Assembly (NCBI GenBank): GCA_024637275.1
Contig: JAGXFS010000104.1
Coordinates: 37 to 64,036, forward strand
DNA: 64,000 bases
Direction: 5' to 3'
DNA from: Acidimicrobiia bacterium
Lineage (GTDB): Bacteria > Actinomycetota > Acidimicrobiia > Spongiisociales > JAENVV01
The first letter of the stretch is position 1, and each line of letters starts with the position of its first letter. A model generated the notes under the pieces. It saw only the letters and a list, made by a program, of their open reading frames with translations. It made no database searches and was not told the origin of the DNA. A program made the translations under genes and the position numbers. Of this stretch, positions 47,857-57,184 are shown one piece after another.

Positions 47857-48222
47857 ATGGATTTCGTCACCGGATACGTCATCGGTTCAAGAATGCTCGG
47901 CAAAAGCATCGGTATGGCGGCGTCTGCAGATTCGTTTGCACCTCCATTGTTGTCAGATCTCGACAAACTGGAGGATCGGGTCCAGCGTTTGGCGCTTGTT
48001 ACGGAGGCTCTTTGGGCTTTGTTGGAGGAGAGCGGCTACACCCGTGAACAGCTCATTGCCAAAATCGACGAGATTGATGGGGCCGATGGCTCGATTGACG
48101 GTCATGTAGTCCGGCCGCCCCTGCGCTGCCCGAAGTGCGATTCGGCGGTTTCGTCGGGAGCGAAACTATGTCAGTTCTGCGGCTGGACCAACCCCGATGT
48201 CGACCCGTTGGCAACGTTCTAG
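47857..48222 (+). CDS. Hypothetical protein with C-terminal zinc ribbon (CPKCDSAVSSGAKLCQFCGW)
   Basis: ATG is preceded by a G-rich SD (GGGGGG). GC3-biased. CxxC…CxxC at the C-terminus. Confidence 0.5.
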   Translation: MDFVTGYVIGSRMLGKSIGMAASADSFAPPLLSDLDKLEDRVQRLALVTEALWALLEESGYTREQLIAKIDEIDGADGSIDGHVVRPPLRCPKCDSAVSSGAKLCQFCGWTNPDVDPLATF

Positions 48223-49088
48223 CTAGCGGGTTGCCAGGGCGGCCCGGACAAGTACTTCCAGCCGGCATCCGGTAGCAGGGCCACCCCGGTACCACCGTTC
48301 TTCTCAAGCTCCAGGCGGGCGGCGTGGATGATTGCTCCGGCGGAGGTTCCGGCGAAGTAGCCCTCCTGGTGCATGATTTCGCCGACGGTTGTCTCGGCCA
48401 CGGCCCGCGATACCTGGTATCGATCATCCACCAGTGACAGGTCGGCGACCGGAGGCTGGAAGGGATCATCCTGGCTGCGCATCCCGCCAATGGGGTCGTC
48501 GACGAACGGTTCAATCGAATGCACTTTGATCGCCGGGTACGCCTTCTTCAGTCCATGGCTGTTGCCGGTCAAGGTCCCACCGGTGCCGTAGGCGCCGAAT
48601 AGATGGTCTGGGGGAGCGGCCAACGGCCAGTCCCGGACGATTTCGACCGAGGTGCCGAAGAAGTGCGAGTACGGATTCCATCGATTCCCGTACTGGTAAC
48701 ACATGTGCCCCTCGCCGGCGTCAACGAGTTCCCGGGCTCTCGCAATGGCCCCGTTTGGCCCACCTTCGACCTCGATGAGTTCGGCGCCATAGGCCCGCAA
48801 CAAGTCCTTGCGCTGTTCCGTAGCCGCGGTTGGCAGACAAATCACCATCGGATGGCCGGTGATCAACGCCAAGCGGGCGAGACCGATGCCGGTATTACCC
48901 GAGGTTGCTTCGATAAGTGGCTTACCGGCCGGTAGGTAACCGTTCTGTACGGCGTTGTGGAACATGAACCAGGCAGGTCGATCCTTGATTGAACCGGTTG
49001 GGTTGTACCACTCCAGTTTGGCGAACAACCGGGTTCCAGGCGGAGCCATGCGAGCGAACTCGACGAGTGGTGTATTGCCTGGTTTCAT
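48219..49088 (-). CDS. Cysteine synthase (O-acetylserine sulfhydrylase, CysK/CysM family, PLP-dependent)
   Basis: PLP-lysine motif PTGSIKDRPAWFM, the TSGNTGIGLA loop, and a C-terminal GTGGT-like motif (GAYGTGGTLTG). Confidence 0.9.
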   Translation of the reverse strand: MKPGNTPLVEFARMAPPGTRLFAKLEWYNPTGSIKDRPAWFMFHNAVQNGYLPAGKPLIEATSGNTGIGLARLALITGHPMVICLPTAATEQRKDLLRAYGAELIEVEGGPNGAIARARELVDAGEGHMCYQYGNRWNPYSHFFGTSVEIVRDWPLAAPPDHLFGAYGTGGTLTGNSHGLKKAYPAIKVHSIEPFVDDPIGGMRSQDDPFQPPVADLSLVDDRYQVSRAVAETTVGEIMHQEGYFAGTSAGAIIHAARLELEKNGGTGVALLPDAGWKYLSGPPWQPAS

Positions 49089-49097
49089 GACAAGAAG

Positions 49098-49823
49098 CTA
49101 GTCGGCCTTCGCCGATTCGCTTGGTGACGGCGTCCCCACTGCGGATCGCCATCCTTGATAGCCGAACCAGATGAGCGCCAGCAGGGCGATGGCGGTCACG
49201 ATATGGACCCGCCAACGAATGGTGGCCCGGATCGTGTCGAGGGTTCCGGTTACGTCCGTCAGTCGTCCATCGACTTCGGTTCGGAGGCTCTTGGCGCCGT
49301 CGAGCCTCCCACGCATGGAACTGATCTGTTCGCTGGTGAGCGGCCCTTCCCTGGCGAGGAGCGCGGTGGCGGTACTGGCAGCTTCAGCAACAGTCCCTCG
49401 GAGGCTGATCACGTCCGGGGTGATGAGGCGCTGAGCCGCGGTTCCGGACAATACCCGGAGCGTGTCAAGTCTTGCATCGAGATCTATGGTTCGGTCCAGT
49501 GCCACGGCCAATCCCAATTCCGCGCCCGCGGCGATGGCATCGACCTCAAGTGTGAGTTTTCGCTTGGTTTGCGTATCCAGGGTCACGTTGCCTGCCGGGT
49601 CCGCCGCCAGCACCGATAGCTCGATTGCTGCCAGCGTTCTCCCTACCAGATCATCGATATCTTGAAGGCTCGAACGGCCCTCCTCGGCGTCGGCGACGGC
49701 GGCGGCGTGCACGAGCTCAACCGTATGTTGGAGCTGGAAATCGGCGACAATAACGGCCGCGGCCAGGCTCAACGCCAGGGCCACACTCACCCATCCACGC
49801 CAGGAGTCTCGCAACCGCATCAT
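49098..49823 (-). CDS. Hypothetical membrane protein (N- and C-terminal TM helices flanking an Ala/Leu-rich helical domain)
   Basis: An ORF on the same strand immediately upstream of cysK. The N-terminal TM is WVSVALALSLAAAVIV and the C-terminal TM is IVTAIALLALIWFGY. No recognised motif. Confidence 0.5.
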   Translation of the reverse strand: MMRLRDSWRGWVSVALALSLAAAVIVADFQLQHTVELVHAAAVADAEEGRSSLQDIDDLVGRTLAAIELSVLAADPAGNVTLDTQTKRKLTLEVDAIAAGAELGLAVALDRTIDLDARLDTLRVLSGTAAQRLITPDVISLRGTVAEAASTATALLAREGPLTSEQISSMRGRLDGAKSLRTEVDGRLTDVTGTLDTIRATIRWRVHIVTAIALLALIWFGYQGWRSAVGTPSPSESAKAD

Positions 49824-49920
49824 CGGCTGGACACTACCGCGAGTGGTGGTTCTAGCTGACGCTTGCCATCACGACCTGGCTCCGGACGCGCTAGCGTTTC
49901 CTGGAGCTCGCTGGGGGAAG

Positions 49921-50853
49921 ATGGCAACTTCGATCATTATCGACACCGATCCTGGGCAAGACGACGCCGTTGCGCTCCTCCTCGCTCTCGGGTCTCCGCT
50001 TGACATCCTGGCGATCACGGTCGTCGCTGGCAACGTTCCGTTGGACCTGACGGTCCACAACACGCTGGTGGTCTGTGATGTGGCCAACCGTTCGGACGTG
50101 CCGGTATACGCCGGGGCAGGCGGACCATTGGAGGGCGTCCTGGTAACTGCCGAGTACGTGCATGGTCCTACCGGGCTAGACGGTTACGAACTTCCCGACC
50201 CGACCCGCCACGTGTCTGACGGCTTTGCTCCCGATCGTATCGTCGAGTTGGTGATGGGCCATCCGCCTGGCGAGATTACGTTGTGTACGCTCGGGCCGCT
50301 CACCAACGTTGCGTTAGCCCTACGACAAGAACCAGCGATAGCTGGCCGCCTCGCCGGGATTGTCATGATGGGCGGTGGTTTCTTTGAAGGTGGGAACACC
50401 ACACCAGCCGCTGAGTTCAACATATTTGTTGATCCGATGGCGGCGGCCGAGGTGTTTCGCGCTGGCATCGATATCGTCATGATGCCTCTGGACGTGACCC
50501 ACAAGGTCTTGAGCAACGCCGCTCGAGTCGATGCCTTTAAGCAGCTTGGCAACCATGCCGGTGAGGTGATCGCCGGATGGATCGACTTTTTCGACAGATA
50601 CGATCGAGAAAAGTACGGCACCGATGGAGCGCCGCTCCACGACCCTTGCGTCATCGCCTATCTCCTTGAGCCAGAACTCTTCTCGGGTCGATTCTGCAAT
50701 GTCGAGATCGAAACCGAGTCCGCCCTCACGCGGGGGATGACTGTCGTGGACTGGTGGGGAGTGACCGATCGTGCGCCAAACGCTCAGGTCATGCGCGAGG
50801 TAGATGCTGACAGGTTCTTTGCGTTGCTTACAAGAACCGTGGGAATGCTTTGA
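49921..50853 (+). CDS. Nucleoside hydrolase (inosine-uridine preferring, IUNH family)
   Basis: N-terminal aspartate cluster IIIDTDPGQDDAVALLLAL (DxDxxxDD) and a conserved His region downstream. ATG is preceded by GGGGGAAG. Confidence 0.88.
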   Translation: MATSIIIDTDPGQDDAVALLLALGSPLDILAITVVAGNVPLDLTVHNTLVVCDVANRSDVPVYAGAGGPLEGVLVTAEYVHGPTGLDGYELPDPTRHVSDGFAPDRIVELVMGHPPGEITLCTLGPLTNVALALRQEPAIAGRLAGIVMMGGGFFEGGNTTPAAEFNIFVDPMAAAEVFRAGIDIVMMPLDVTHKVLSNAARVDAFKQLGNHAGEVIAGWIDFFDRYDREKYGTDGAPLHDPCVIAYLLEPELFSGRFCNVEIETESALTRGMTVVDWWGVTDRAPNAQVMREVDADRFFALLTRTVGML

Positions 50854-50907
50854 CGGTCCGCTGGGCTATACTGCCAATGATGTCGCAACGTTGTCGCTGT
50901 CTGTGTT

Positions 50908-50972
50908 TTCGCTCTCGGGTAGCCCCGGGAGGCGCCGCGTTGCTCCTCCTCGCTCACTAGCGGCTCTACCCG
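50908..50972 (+). repeat. Perfect 11-bp inverted repeat (CTCTCGGGTAG … CTACCCGAGAG) forming a long stem-loop in the intergenic region upstream of the DUF4395/thioredoxin-like pair
   Basis: Arms at 50908-18 and 50962-72, with an internal GC-rich spacer of 43 nt. No T-tract follows, so it is not a canonical intrinsic terminator. Confidence 0.4.
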
Positions 50973-51016
50973 AGAGTAAGTACGCCGCAAAGCCCTGACC
51001 TGCTCGAGGAGCCCCT

Positions 51017-51436
51017 GTGACCACTGTTGACATCAATATTCCGCGTATAAACCAAGCCGTGACGGCTGTGCTCTGCATGCTGGGGTTCGCAACCTCTAGT
51101 CCCGCCTTCGTAGGCATCGCCTTCGCCATCCTTTTTGTCTCGCGTTTCGGCGGCCCGAACCTGGCACCGATCACGCAGCTGTATGTGCGGCTAATCCGTC
51201 CCCGATTTCAACCACACGGACCGGACGAGTTCGAAGACGCCCGACCGCCAGCGTTCTCGCAATTGCTAGGAACCGCGTTCCTAGCGGTCGCTCTCCTGGC
51301 GTTGTTGGGTGGAGCCATGGTTCTGGGTTGGGCGTTGACGTTGCTCGTCGCAACTCTCGCGGCATTGGCCGCGAGCTCAAGGATCTGCGTTGGCTGCATC
51401 CTGTATGAGCGGTTCCTGATGGAGGCCCGGCCGTGA
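51017..51436 (+). CDS. DUF4395-like small integral membrane protein
   Basis: ~139 aa with predicted TM segments (AVLCMLGFA, IAFAILFVSRF, AVALLALLGGAMVLGWALTLLVATLAALAA) and a C-terminal CVGC. Paired with the downstream thioredoxin-like gene (start overlaps its stop). Confidence 0.55.
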   Translation: MTTVDINIPRINQAVTAVLCMLGFATSSPAFVGIAFAILFVSRFGGPNLAPITQLYVRLIRPRFQPHGPDEFEDARPPAFSQLLGTAFLAVALLALLGGAMVLGWALTLLVATLAALAASSRICVGCILYERFLMEARP

Positions 51437-51792
51437 TCGTCCGATTACTTGTCGTCCTTGCCGTGCTCGGCCTGGCCTGGCTAGCCGTTGGGCGGTGGGA
51501 GCGCCGACAGGGCGCTCAGGTCATGGGCGTCTCGCCGGGGGTCACCATGTTCACAACCGACGATTGCCGCATTTGCCCGTTGGCGATGGAAACCCTCGCT
51601 GGAGCCGGAGTGCCGGTCACACTTCGGAGCGCGCTCGATCCGCTAGCTGAAGCGTTGGCGGTCCGTAGCGTGCCGACCCTGGTGGTCGCCGACGGCCAAG
51701 GTCATGTGACGATGCGCCGGTCCGGGCGGACCGTGATAACCGACGTCCGTTCGATCGCGGCAGCTCTGGCAGCGGCGTTTCCCGCAGCTTGA
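51433..51792 (+). CDS. Thioredoxin/glutaredoxin-like protein with N-terminal membrane anchor (CxxC = CRIC)
   Basis: N-terminal TM VRLLVVLAVLGLAWLAV, the CRIC redox motif, and a VPTLVV (cis-Pro loop-like) motif. GTG start overlaps the upstream stop. Confidence 0.55.
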   Translation: MIVRLLVVLAVLGLAWLAVGRWERRQGAQVMGVSPGVTMFTTDDCRICPLAMETLAGAGVPVTLRSALDPLAEALAVRSVPTLVVADGQGHVTMRRSGRTVITDVRSIAAALAAAFPAA

Positions 51793-51816
51793 GTCGATGG
51801 GCCTAGTCAGCTGAGT

Positions 51817-52029
51817 CTACTGCTCGCCCTGGTGACGCTGATAGAGATAAAGCCATCCCAGGCCGTGGACGGCAACTCCGGCACCCAGTGCGGCGGTGAC
51901 TGCCCACTGGCCCAGAATGGCCGCCATTACCCCCGTAATCGCCGCGGCGATTACGAGGCCAGTACGTACACCGTTCAATGGTCCAAACATACGTCTTAGT
52001 CTACGGGCGTGAATAACTACTCGAATCAC
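51817..52029 (-). CDS. Possible small 2-TM membrane protein (weak)
   Basis: 70-codon ORF with two hydrophobic segments. No clear RBS at either candidate start (GTG 52029 or ATG 51990). Confidence 0.2.
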   Translation of the reverse strand: MIRVVIHARRLRRMFGPLNGVRTGLVIAAAITGVMAAILGQWAVTAALGAGVAVHGLGWLYLYQRHQGEQ

Positions 52030-52186
52030 CTGTGAAGCAGGTCTTTTTCATCGCAGCCGAGATCGCCATACCGGCGGCGGGCGCGTTCTGGCTGGGCGTA
52101 GTTACCCGAAATACGATAGAAAGCCAGCCTCCCATTTGATGGCGCATCGAACTCCGGTGGGTACCCTGAGAAAGTAGGGTCCTGTC

Positions 52187-53962
52187 ATGGATTGGGAGCC
52201 GAACGCCAGGGTCATCGACGCAGCCAACATCTCTAAAATACTGCTGGACCGTGAGTTGACATCAGTCAGCGAGTTTCACGCATGGTCGATTGCCAACCGC
52301 GACCAATTCTGGCAGTTGATGATCGAGCGCCTGGGAATCCAGTTCTCCGTGGCGCCCGTAACCGTGTCGGATGGTCCCCCCCAGGACACTCGTTGGCTGC
52401 CCGGCGCCGAACTCAATATCGCGCTGTCCTGCTTCCAGGGTGCTGATGAATCGGTTGCCGTGGTCTATCAAACGAAAGCCGGGATTGCGTCCATGTCCGT
52501 GGCGGAGCTGCGGGCTCAGGTACAAACGTGTGCAGGCGGCCTACGCCGGCTGGGGATTGGTGAAGGCGATCGTGTAGCGATGGCCATGGCGATGTCCGTC
52601 GAATCCGTGATCGGCTACCTGGCATTGGTCTGGGCGGGAGCCACGGTCGTGTCGATCGCCGACAGTTTCGCAGCTCCAGAAATACAGAATCGGCTGACAT
52701 TGGTTGGCTGCGATACGGTCATTACCCAGGACGAGATCGTCAGGGGAGGCCGTCGACTCCCGATGTACGCGAAGGTCGTCGAAGCTGGGGCTCGAAGGTG
52801 CATCGTCGTGGATACCGGGGGTGACCATGCAGTGCGGCCAGAAGACATTGCCTGGAACGATCTGTTCGACGGAGACCCGATGGTTGAGCCAGCCATACGC
52901 TCGAGTGCCAGTCATACAAATCTGCTCTTCAGTTCCGGAACCACCGGGGTTCCGAAAGTGATTCCCTGGGATCAGTCATCGCCGATCAAAGCAGCAACCG
53001 ATGGGTTTCTCCACCAGGACATTCATCCCGGTGACGTGGTGGCCTGGCCGACGAACCTTGGATGGATGATGGGTCCGTGGCTCATTTACGCAGCATTGCT
53101 TAATAGGGCGACTATCGCGCTTTCAAACGAGGTGCCCACATCGCTCGAGTTTTGTCGCTTCGTCACGAACGCCACGGTCAACGTCCTTGGCGTGGTTCCT
53201 GCGCTCGTCAGGGCTTGGCGGAGCGTGCCGGATGTGGAGGGGCTTGACTGGTCCGCCGTTCGGGTCGTGACGTCGACCGGCGAGGCATCGTCCGTCGACG
53301 ACATGCGATGGCTCATGAGCGTTGCCGGGGCGCCTGTAATTGAGTATTGCGGCGGAACTGAGATTGGGGGAGGTTATCTCTCCAGCACAGTTGTGGACGC
53401 ATTCGACGCCTCGACGTTCACCACCCCGTGCTTTGGGCTCGACATCCGACTGTTTGACGACGGTGACGAGTCTCAAACCGAGGGAGAAGTTTTTCTCGTG
53501 CCGCCTTCGATCGGCTTGTCGACTGAGTTGCTCAATCGAGATCATCAGGCCGTCTATTACGACGGAGTCCCAGCGGCTGATGTTCCGATCCGACGGCACG
53601 GGGACCAGCTGCGACGACTCGCTAACGGCCACTATCGGGCGATGGGGCGCTCGGATGACACCATGAATCTGGGCGGCGTAAAGGTCAGTTCCGCAGAGAT
53701 TGAGCGGGTTGTCAACCTGGTGCCGGGCGTCATCGAGAGTGCTGCCGTGGGAGTGCCACCCGACGGTGGGGGGCCTGATCGGTTGTTCGTCTTCGCGGTT
53801 GCGCCAGATTGTGATCCCGGCCAGCTGCGACCGCTTATTCAGGACGCAATCAAGGCTGATTTGAATCCACTTTTCAAGGTCGCGGAGGTTCGGTTGGTTG
53901 ACGCGATGCCGCGGACCGCCTCTGCGAAGGTCATGCGACGGACCCTGCGGGATCTCGTATGA
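52187..53962 (+). CDS. AMP-forming acyl-CoA synthetase with Acs-type N-terminal domain (acetyl/propionyl/acetoacetyl-CoA synthetase-like)
   Basis: AMP-binding signature SSGTTGVPKV, an N-terminal ACAS_N-like region (SEFHAWSIANRDQFWQ), and a C-terminal lysine region (ASAKVMRR). Confidence 0.85.
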   Translation: MDWEPNARVIDAANISKILLDRELTSVSEFHAWSIANRDQFWQLMIERLGIQFSVAPVTVSDGPPQDTRWLPGAELNIALSCFQGADESVAVVYQTKAGIASMSVAELRAQVQTCAGGLRRLGIGEGDRVAMAMAMSVESVIGYLALVWAGATVVSIADSFAAPEIQNRLTLVGCDTVITQDEIVRGGRRLPMYAKVVEAGARRCIVVDTGGDHAVRPEDIAWNDLFDGDPMVEPAIRSSASHTNLLFSSGTTGVPKVIPWDQSSPIKAATDGFLHQDIHPGDVVAWPTNLGWMMGPWLIYAALLNRATIALSNEVPTSLEFCRFVTNATVNVLGVVPALVRAWRSVPDVEGLDWSAVRVVTSTGEASSVDDMRWLMSVAGAPVIEYCGGTEIGGGYLSSTVVDAFDASTFTTPCFGLDIRLFDDGDESQTEGEVFLVPPSIGLSTELLNRDHQAVYYDGVPAADVPIRRHGDQLRRLANGHYRAMGRSDDTMNLGGVKVSSAEIERVVNLVPGVIESAAVGVPPDGGGPDRLFVFAVAPDCDPGQLRPLIQDAIKADLNPLFKVAEVRLVDAMPRTASAKVMRRTLRDLV

Positions 53963-54648
53963 AGACGATCGGCCTACTGGGAGGGATGAGTTGGGAATCT
54001 TCGATCGAATATGAACGGACGATCAATGAGTATGTCCGGGGCCAGCTCGGTGGGTCGAGTTCTGCCAGCTTGATCATCCGTTCCTACAACTTCTCCGAGA
54101 TCCACGGACTGCAAGAGGCGGGTGGTTGGGAGGCAGCTGGAGCTCGCCTCGCAGCGGATGCGGCGCTCCTCGAAGAATCGGGGGCCGAGATCATCATCCT
54201 CTGCACGAACACCATGCATCGACTGGCCGATCAGATTCGTGCAGCCATCACAGTCCCGTTTTTGCACATTGCTGATGCCACTGCGAACAGGATCATCGAG
54301 GCCGGCGAAAGCAAGGTCGGATTGCTTGGCACCCGATTCACCATGGAGGATGACTTTTATGTGGGGAACCTCGAGGCCCACGGGCTCGACGTCCTCGTGC
54401 CCGAGGCCGACGACCGCACGATTGTCCATGATGTTATCTACAACGAGTTGGTGCGCGGCATTGTCTCTACTGAGTCGCGGGATGAGTTCTCCCGGATAGC
54501 CAGCTCGCTAGTTGCCAGAGGAGCGGAAGCCATCATCGCCGGGTGTACCGAGATTGAACTATTGCTACAACCGGATGACGTGTCCGTCTCTTATTACCCG
54601 ACCGCCCGTATTCATGCCGAAACCGCGGCGAGGGCGGCACTCAAGTAG
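53959..54648 (+). CDS. Aspartate/glutamate/hydantoin racemase-family protein (Asp racemase-like)
   Basis: The two active-site Cys regions of this racemase family are ILCTNTMH and IIAGCTEIELL. N-terminus MKTIGLLGGMSWES. Confidence 0.85.
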   Translation: MKTIGLLGGMSWESSIEYERTINEYVRGQLGGSSSASLIIRSYNFSEIHGLQEAGGWEAAGARLAADAALLEESGAEIIILCTNTMHRLADQIRAAITVPFLHIADATANRIIEAGESKVGLLGTRFTMEDDFYVGNLEAHGLDVLVPEADDRTIVHDVIYNELVRGIVSTESRDEFSRIASSLVARGAEAIIAGCTEIELLLQPDDVSVSYYPTARIHAETAARAALK

Positions 54649-54685
54649 CGGATTGCCCCGTGGATGTGGCGGCTAGTGTCGCCTG

Positions 54686-55912
54686 ATGTCGGGACGAACT
54701 GTGCACGCCAAGTTCGCCGGTTGGCGGATTCTGGCTTTGGCGATCGTGACAGCCGCCATGTCGGTACCCGGTCAGACGCTTGGTGTTTCAGTCTTCGTCG
54801 AATCCTTCATCACGGACCTCTCGCTTTCTCGAGATGCGGTGTCCCTCGCCTATTTGGTTGGGACGTTGTTGGGAGCGCTGGGGATGCCGTTTGTGGGTCG
54901 GGCTATCGACCGAATAGGTGTTCGGACGGCCATGACATGGATCGGAGCTGGCTTCGGGATCGGGCTGGCGTTCATGGGCGGCGTCCAGGGATTTGTCTCG
55001 CTGGCGATCGGCTACGGGATGATCAGGTTTCTCGGGCAGGGCTCGCTGAGCCTCGTTTCGACGGTTGCGGTCACGCATTGGTTTGATCGACGGCGCGGAC
55101 TGGCGCTTGGGATCATGGCCACAGCGGTCTCGGCGCTTATGGCGCTTGGCCCGATCGCCTTGAACACCATCATCGAGGGCTTTTCCTGGCGCATTGCGTG
55201 GGTCGTCTCGGCCGTGGCGGTTTGGCTCATTGTGATTCCGATCGCTCGATTCGGCATCATCGACAAGCCAGCGTCCATCGGTCAACTCCCCGATGGGGGC
55301 CCGGTCAGCGGAGACCTGGTTCAGCCACTTCGAAAGTCCTATACCCGATCGGAAGCAATCCGGACCAGGCGCTTATGGGTGATTCTGGCGGCTTCTGGTG
55401 CGGCCGGCATGCTGAGCACCGCTCTCAACTTCCACCAGATCAGCTTGCTCGGTGAGGCGGGTCTCACGGCCGGAGAGGCCGCGCTCATGTTTGCACCGCA
55501 GGTCATCGGGAGTTCGCTCGCCGGCCTGGCTTTTGGTGCGTTGGCGGATCGGGTGCATGGTCGCTGGCTGATCATGGCGGCGATGGCTCTACTTGGATCG
55601 GCACTCTTGATGGTCAACACTCTGGAGAGCACCGGAGATATCCTGCTCTATGCGGTGCTCCTGGGGGCGGCCGGTGGTGCCTCGCGGACCGTAAGCAGCG
55701 CCCTGCCACCACGTTGGTTCGGGACAGAGCACATCGGGGCGATTCAAGGATTCGGGACATTCACCAATGTGGCCTCAACCGCGATCGGTCCGTTCGGGCT
55801 GTCCGTAGTGTTCGGCATCACCGGCGCTTACGGGCCGGCACTCACGCTTGCTGCCATCGTTCCGCTCGTGGTATTCGTTGCAGCGGTGTTCACCAAGGCT
55901 GACGAGACCTAG
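54686..55912 (+). CDS. MFS transporter
   Basis: 12-TM pattern, a GxxxDRxGxR-like loop (FVGRAIDRIGVRTAM), and a repeat in the second half. Confidence 0.8.
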   Translation: MSGRTVHAKFAGWRILALAIVTAAMSVPGQTLGVSVFVESFITDLSLSRDAVSLAYLVGTLLGALGMPFVGRAIDRIGVRTAMTWIGAGFGIGLAFMGGVQGFVSLAIGYGMIRFLGQGSLSLVSTVAVTHWFDRRRGLALGIMATAVSALMALGPIALNTIIEGFSWRIAWVVSAVAVWLIVIPIARFGIIDKPASIGQLPDGGPVSGDLVQPLRKSYTRSEAIRTRRLWVILAASGAAGMLSTALNFHQISLLGEAGLTAGEAALMFAPQVIGSSLAGLAFGALADRVHGRWLIMAAMALLGSALLMVNTLESTGDILLYAVLLGAAGGASRTVSSALPPRWFGTEHIGAIQGFGTFTNVASTAIGPFGLSVVFGITGAYGPALTLAAIVPLVVFVAAVFTKADET

Positions 55913-57075
55913 TCGCCACGTTGCTGCGTGGACGGCATCACGTAGTACCAGTCGCGACGGTCCAAACCTGCCGCCTTCAGCCTGGCCTGAGCGCCATGCA
56001 GAACCTCACCAAGTTTGGTTCCCTGGTATATCCAGCTTTCTGCTTGCCGGGCGTCCGGGACGTGGTCGGAAAGTGAGAGAGCGGCCTCCTCGTAATACGA
56101 GCGCAAGTCCATCGCGACGGCAATGTGATCGCCTCCTGGCACCTCGATTTCCTCGAGCGCGGTGCCGTCGCTGATCTTGACGAACACGTCGATCAGGTCG
56201 GGGATCTCATCGGCGGTTCCTGTCCGGCCGACGCTCGTGCGACCGTACCGCTCAACAGTGCGGTTGTAGGCGGCGCGCAGACCGAGGGCTTCATCTACGG
56301 CCGGATGCAGATCGGGGTTGAACCTGGGCGGTATGGCGCACGCGAGCACCTCGGACGAAGCGTCCTCGATGATGATCGGGAAGTCGACGAGAACCGGTCC
56401 CGACGGTTCGTTCAGCAGATCAAAAGCGGCGCTGATAACGGACGTTTGAAACCCGGAGTCGAGTGGTTTGCCGAGTGGTCGTCCGAGCGGAAACTCCACA
56501 TACAGAGCTCTCGGTGGGGCAGACTTTTCGATCTGGCCCCGAACGAGAGCCAATGCGACGGTGGCGAAGCCTTGTGCTTCGAAGATGTGAGCGAGCGTAC
56601 CGACCGTACGCGTACAAAACGGTCAGACGGGAGTGAGGAGAATCGTATCCACGCCGTCTTCGCGAAGAAGATGAGCCGCGGCCGGACCGCTGTCGAGACG
56701 CATCGTCGCGAGGTTGTGATCAGCCTGAGCGCCCATGAACGAGATGTGCTGCTCGGCGACGGAACCGATGATACCTGCGGCGGCCATCTCGTCGAGGCGA
56801 TCGATAGGCAGCACCGTGTTGACATCGAGGTTGAACCCTGAGCGATCAAAGTTGGGACTGAAATGAGCGAACGAAAGATTGGTTGTGCCGTGTGGGAGGA
56901 CCGTGAAACCCTCGTCAGATTGGGACCACAGGCTCGCGGAATCGGTCGTCAATCCGGCGGTGGTGACGACCGCAACCCGCGACTCGGACAGCGGTTTGGG
57001 ACTCGTCCACGCAAGGGAATCGAACTGATATACCGGTATGTCGTTAGCGCGTGCCCTGACGGTGGTGTCGCTCAT
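55909..57075 (-). CDS. Predicted selenoprotein: GrdB/PrdB (glycine/D-proline reductase selenoprotein B)-like protein with in-frame TGA (Sec) at 56623-56625
   Basis: Two ORFs on the minus strand (57075→56626 and 56553→55909) are in the same frame and separated only by TGA plus 23 stop-free codons. The downstream part has no ATG start. Sequence across the junction is …GVDTILLTPV-U-PFCTRTVG… (a UxxC redox motif). An fdhF-like SECIS hairpin begins 12-14 nt 3' of the UGA. GC3 bias continues across the junction. Sec falls at residue ~151 of ~388. Confidence 0.65.
56590..56622 (-). promoter_or_regulatory. SECIS-like stem-loop immediately 3' of the in-frame UGA (mRNA GCGUAC-GGUCG-GUACGC)
   Basis: mRNA nt 15-31 after the U of UGA form a 6-bp GC-rich stem with apical loop GGUCG. 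In E. coli fdhF the loop is GGUC at nt 22-25 (from memory); here GGUC sits at nt 21-24. Confidence 0.55.
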
Positions 57076-57184
57076 GCCTCTCCTCGGGTTGGGTCCCTTA
57101 GAGAACCTAGTGGACGCGACGATCGGGGTTGAGGGTTCACCCGTTAGGGTCCATCGCGCATGTCCCTTTTTAGACAGTTCAAAT

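Noticed and set aside
52150-52186. Short inverted repeat ACCCT-N8-AGGGT immediately upstream of the Acs-like gene start, and the TAGGGTCC 8-mer shared with the 57146 region
   Set aside because: It is too short. The shared 8-mer is within random expectation for 64 kb, with no supporting conservation evidence.
56554-56625. Alternative reading: TGA 56623 is a real stop and 55909..56553 is an independent gene; the hairpin would be a terminator
   Set aside because: The downstream ORF has no ATG/GTG start; its first sense codon is TTG. It is exactly in frame with the upstream ORF, the 23 intervening codons are stop-free, and there is no U-tract after the hairpin. The GGUC loop at fdhF-like spacing and the UxxC motif make Sec insertion more parsimonious. 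This interpretation remains to be tested.
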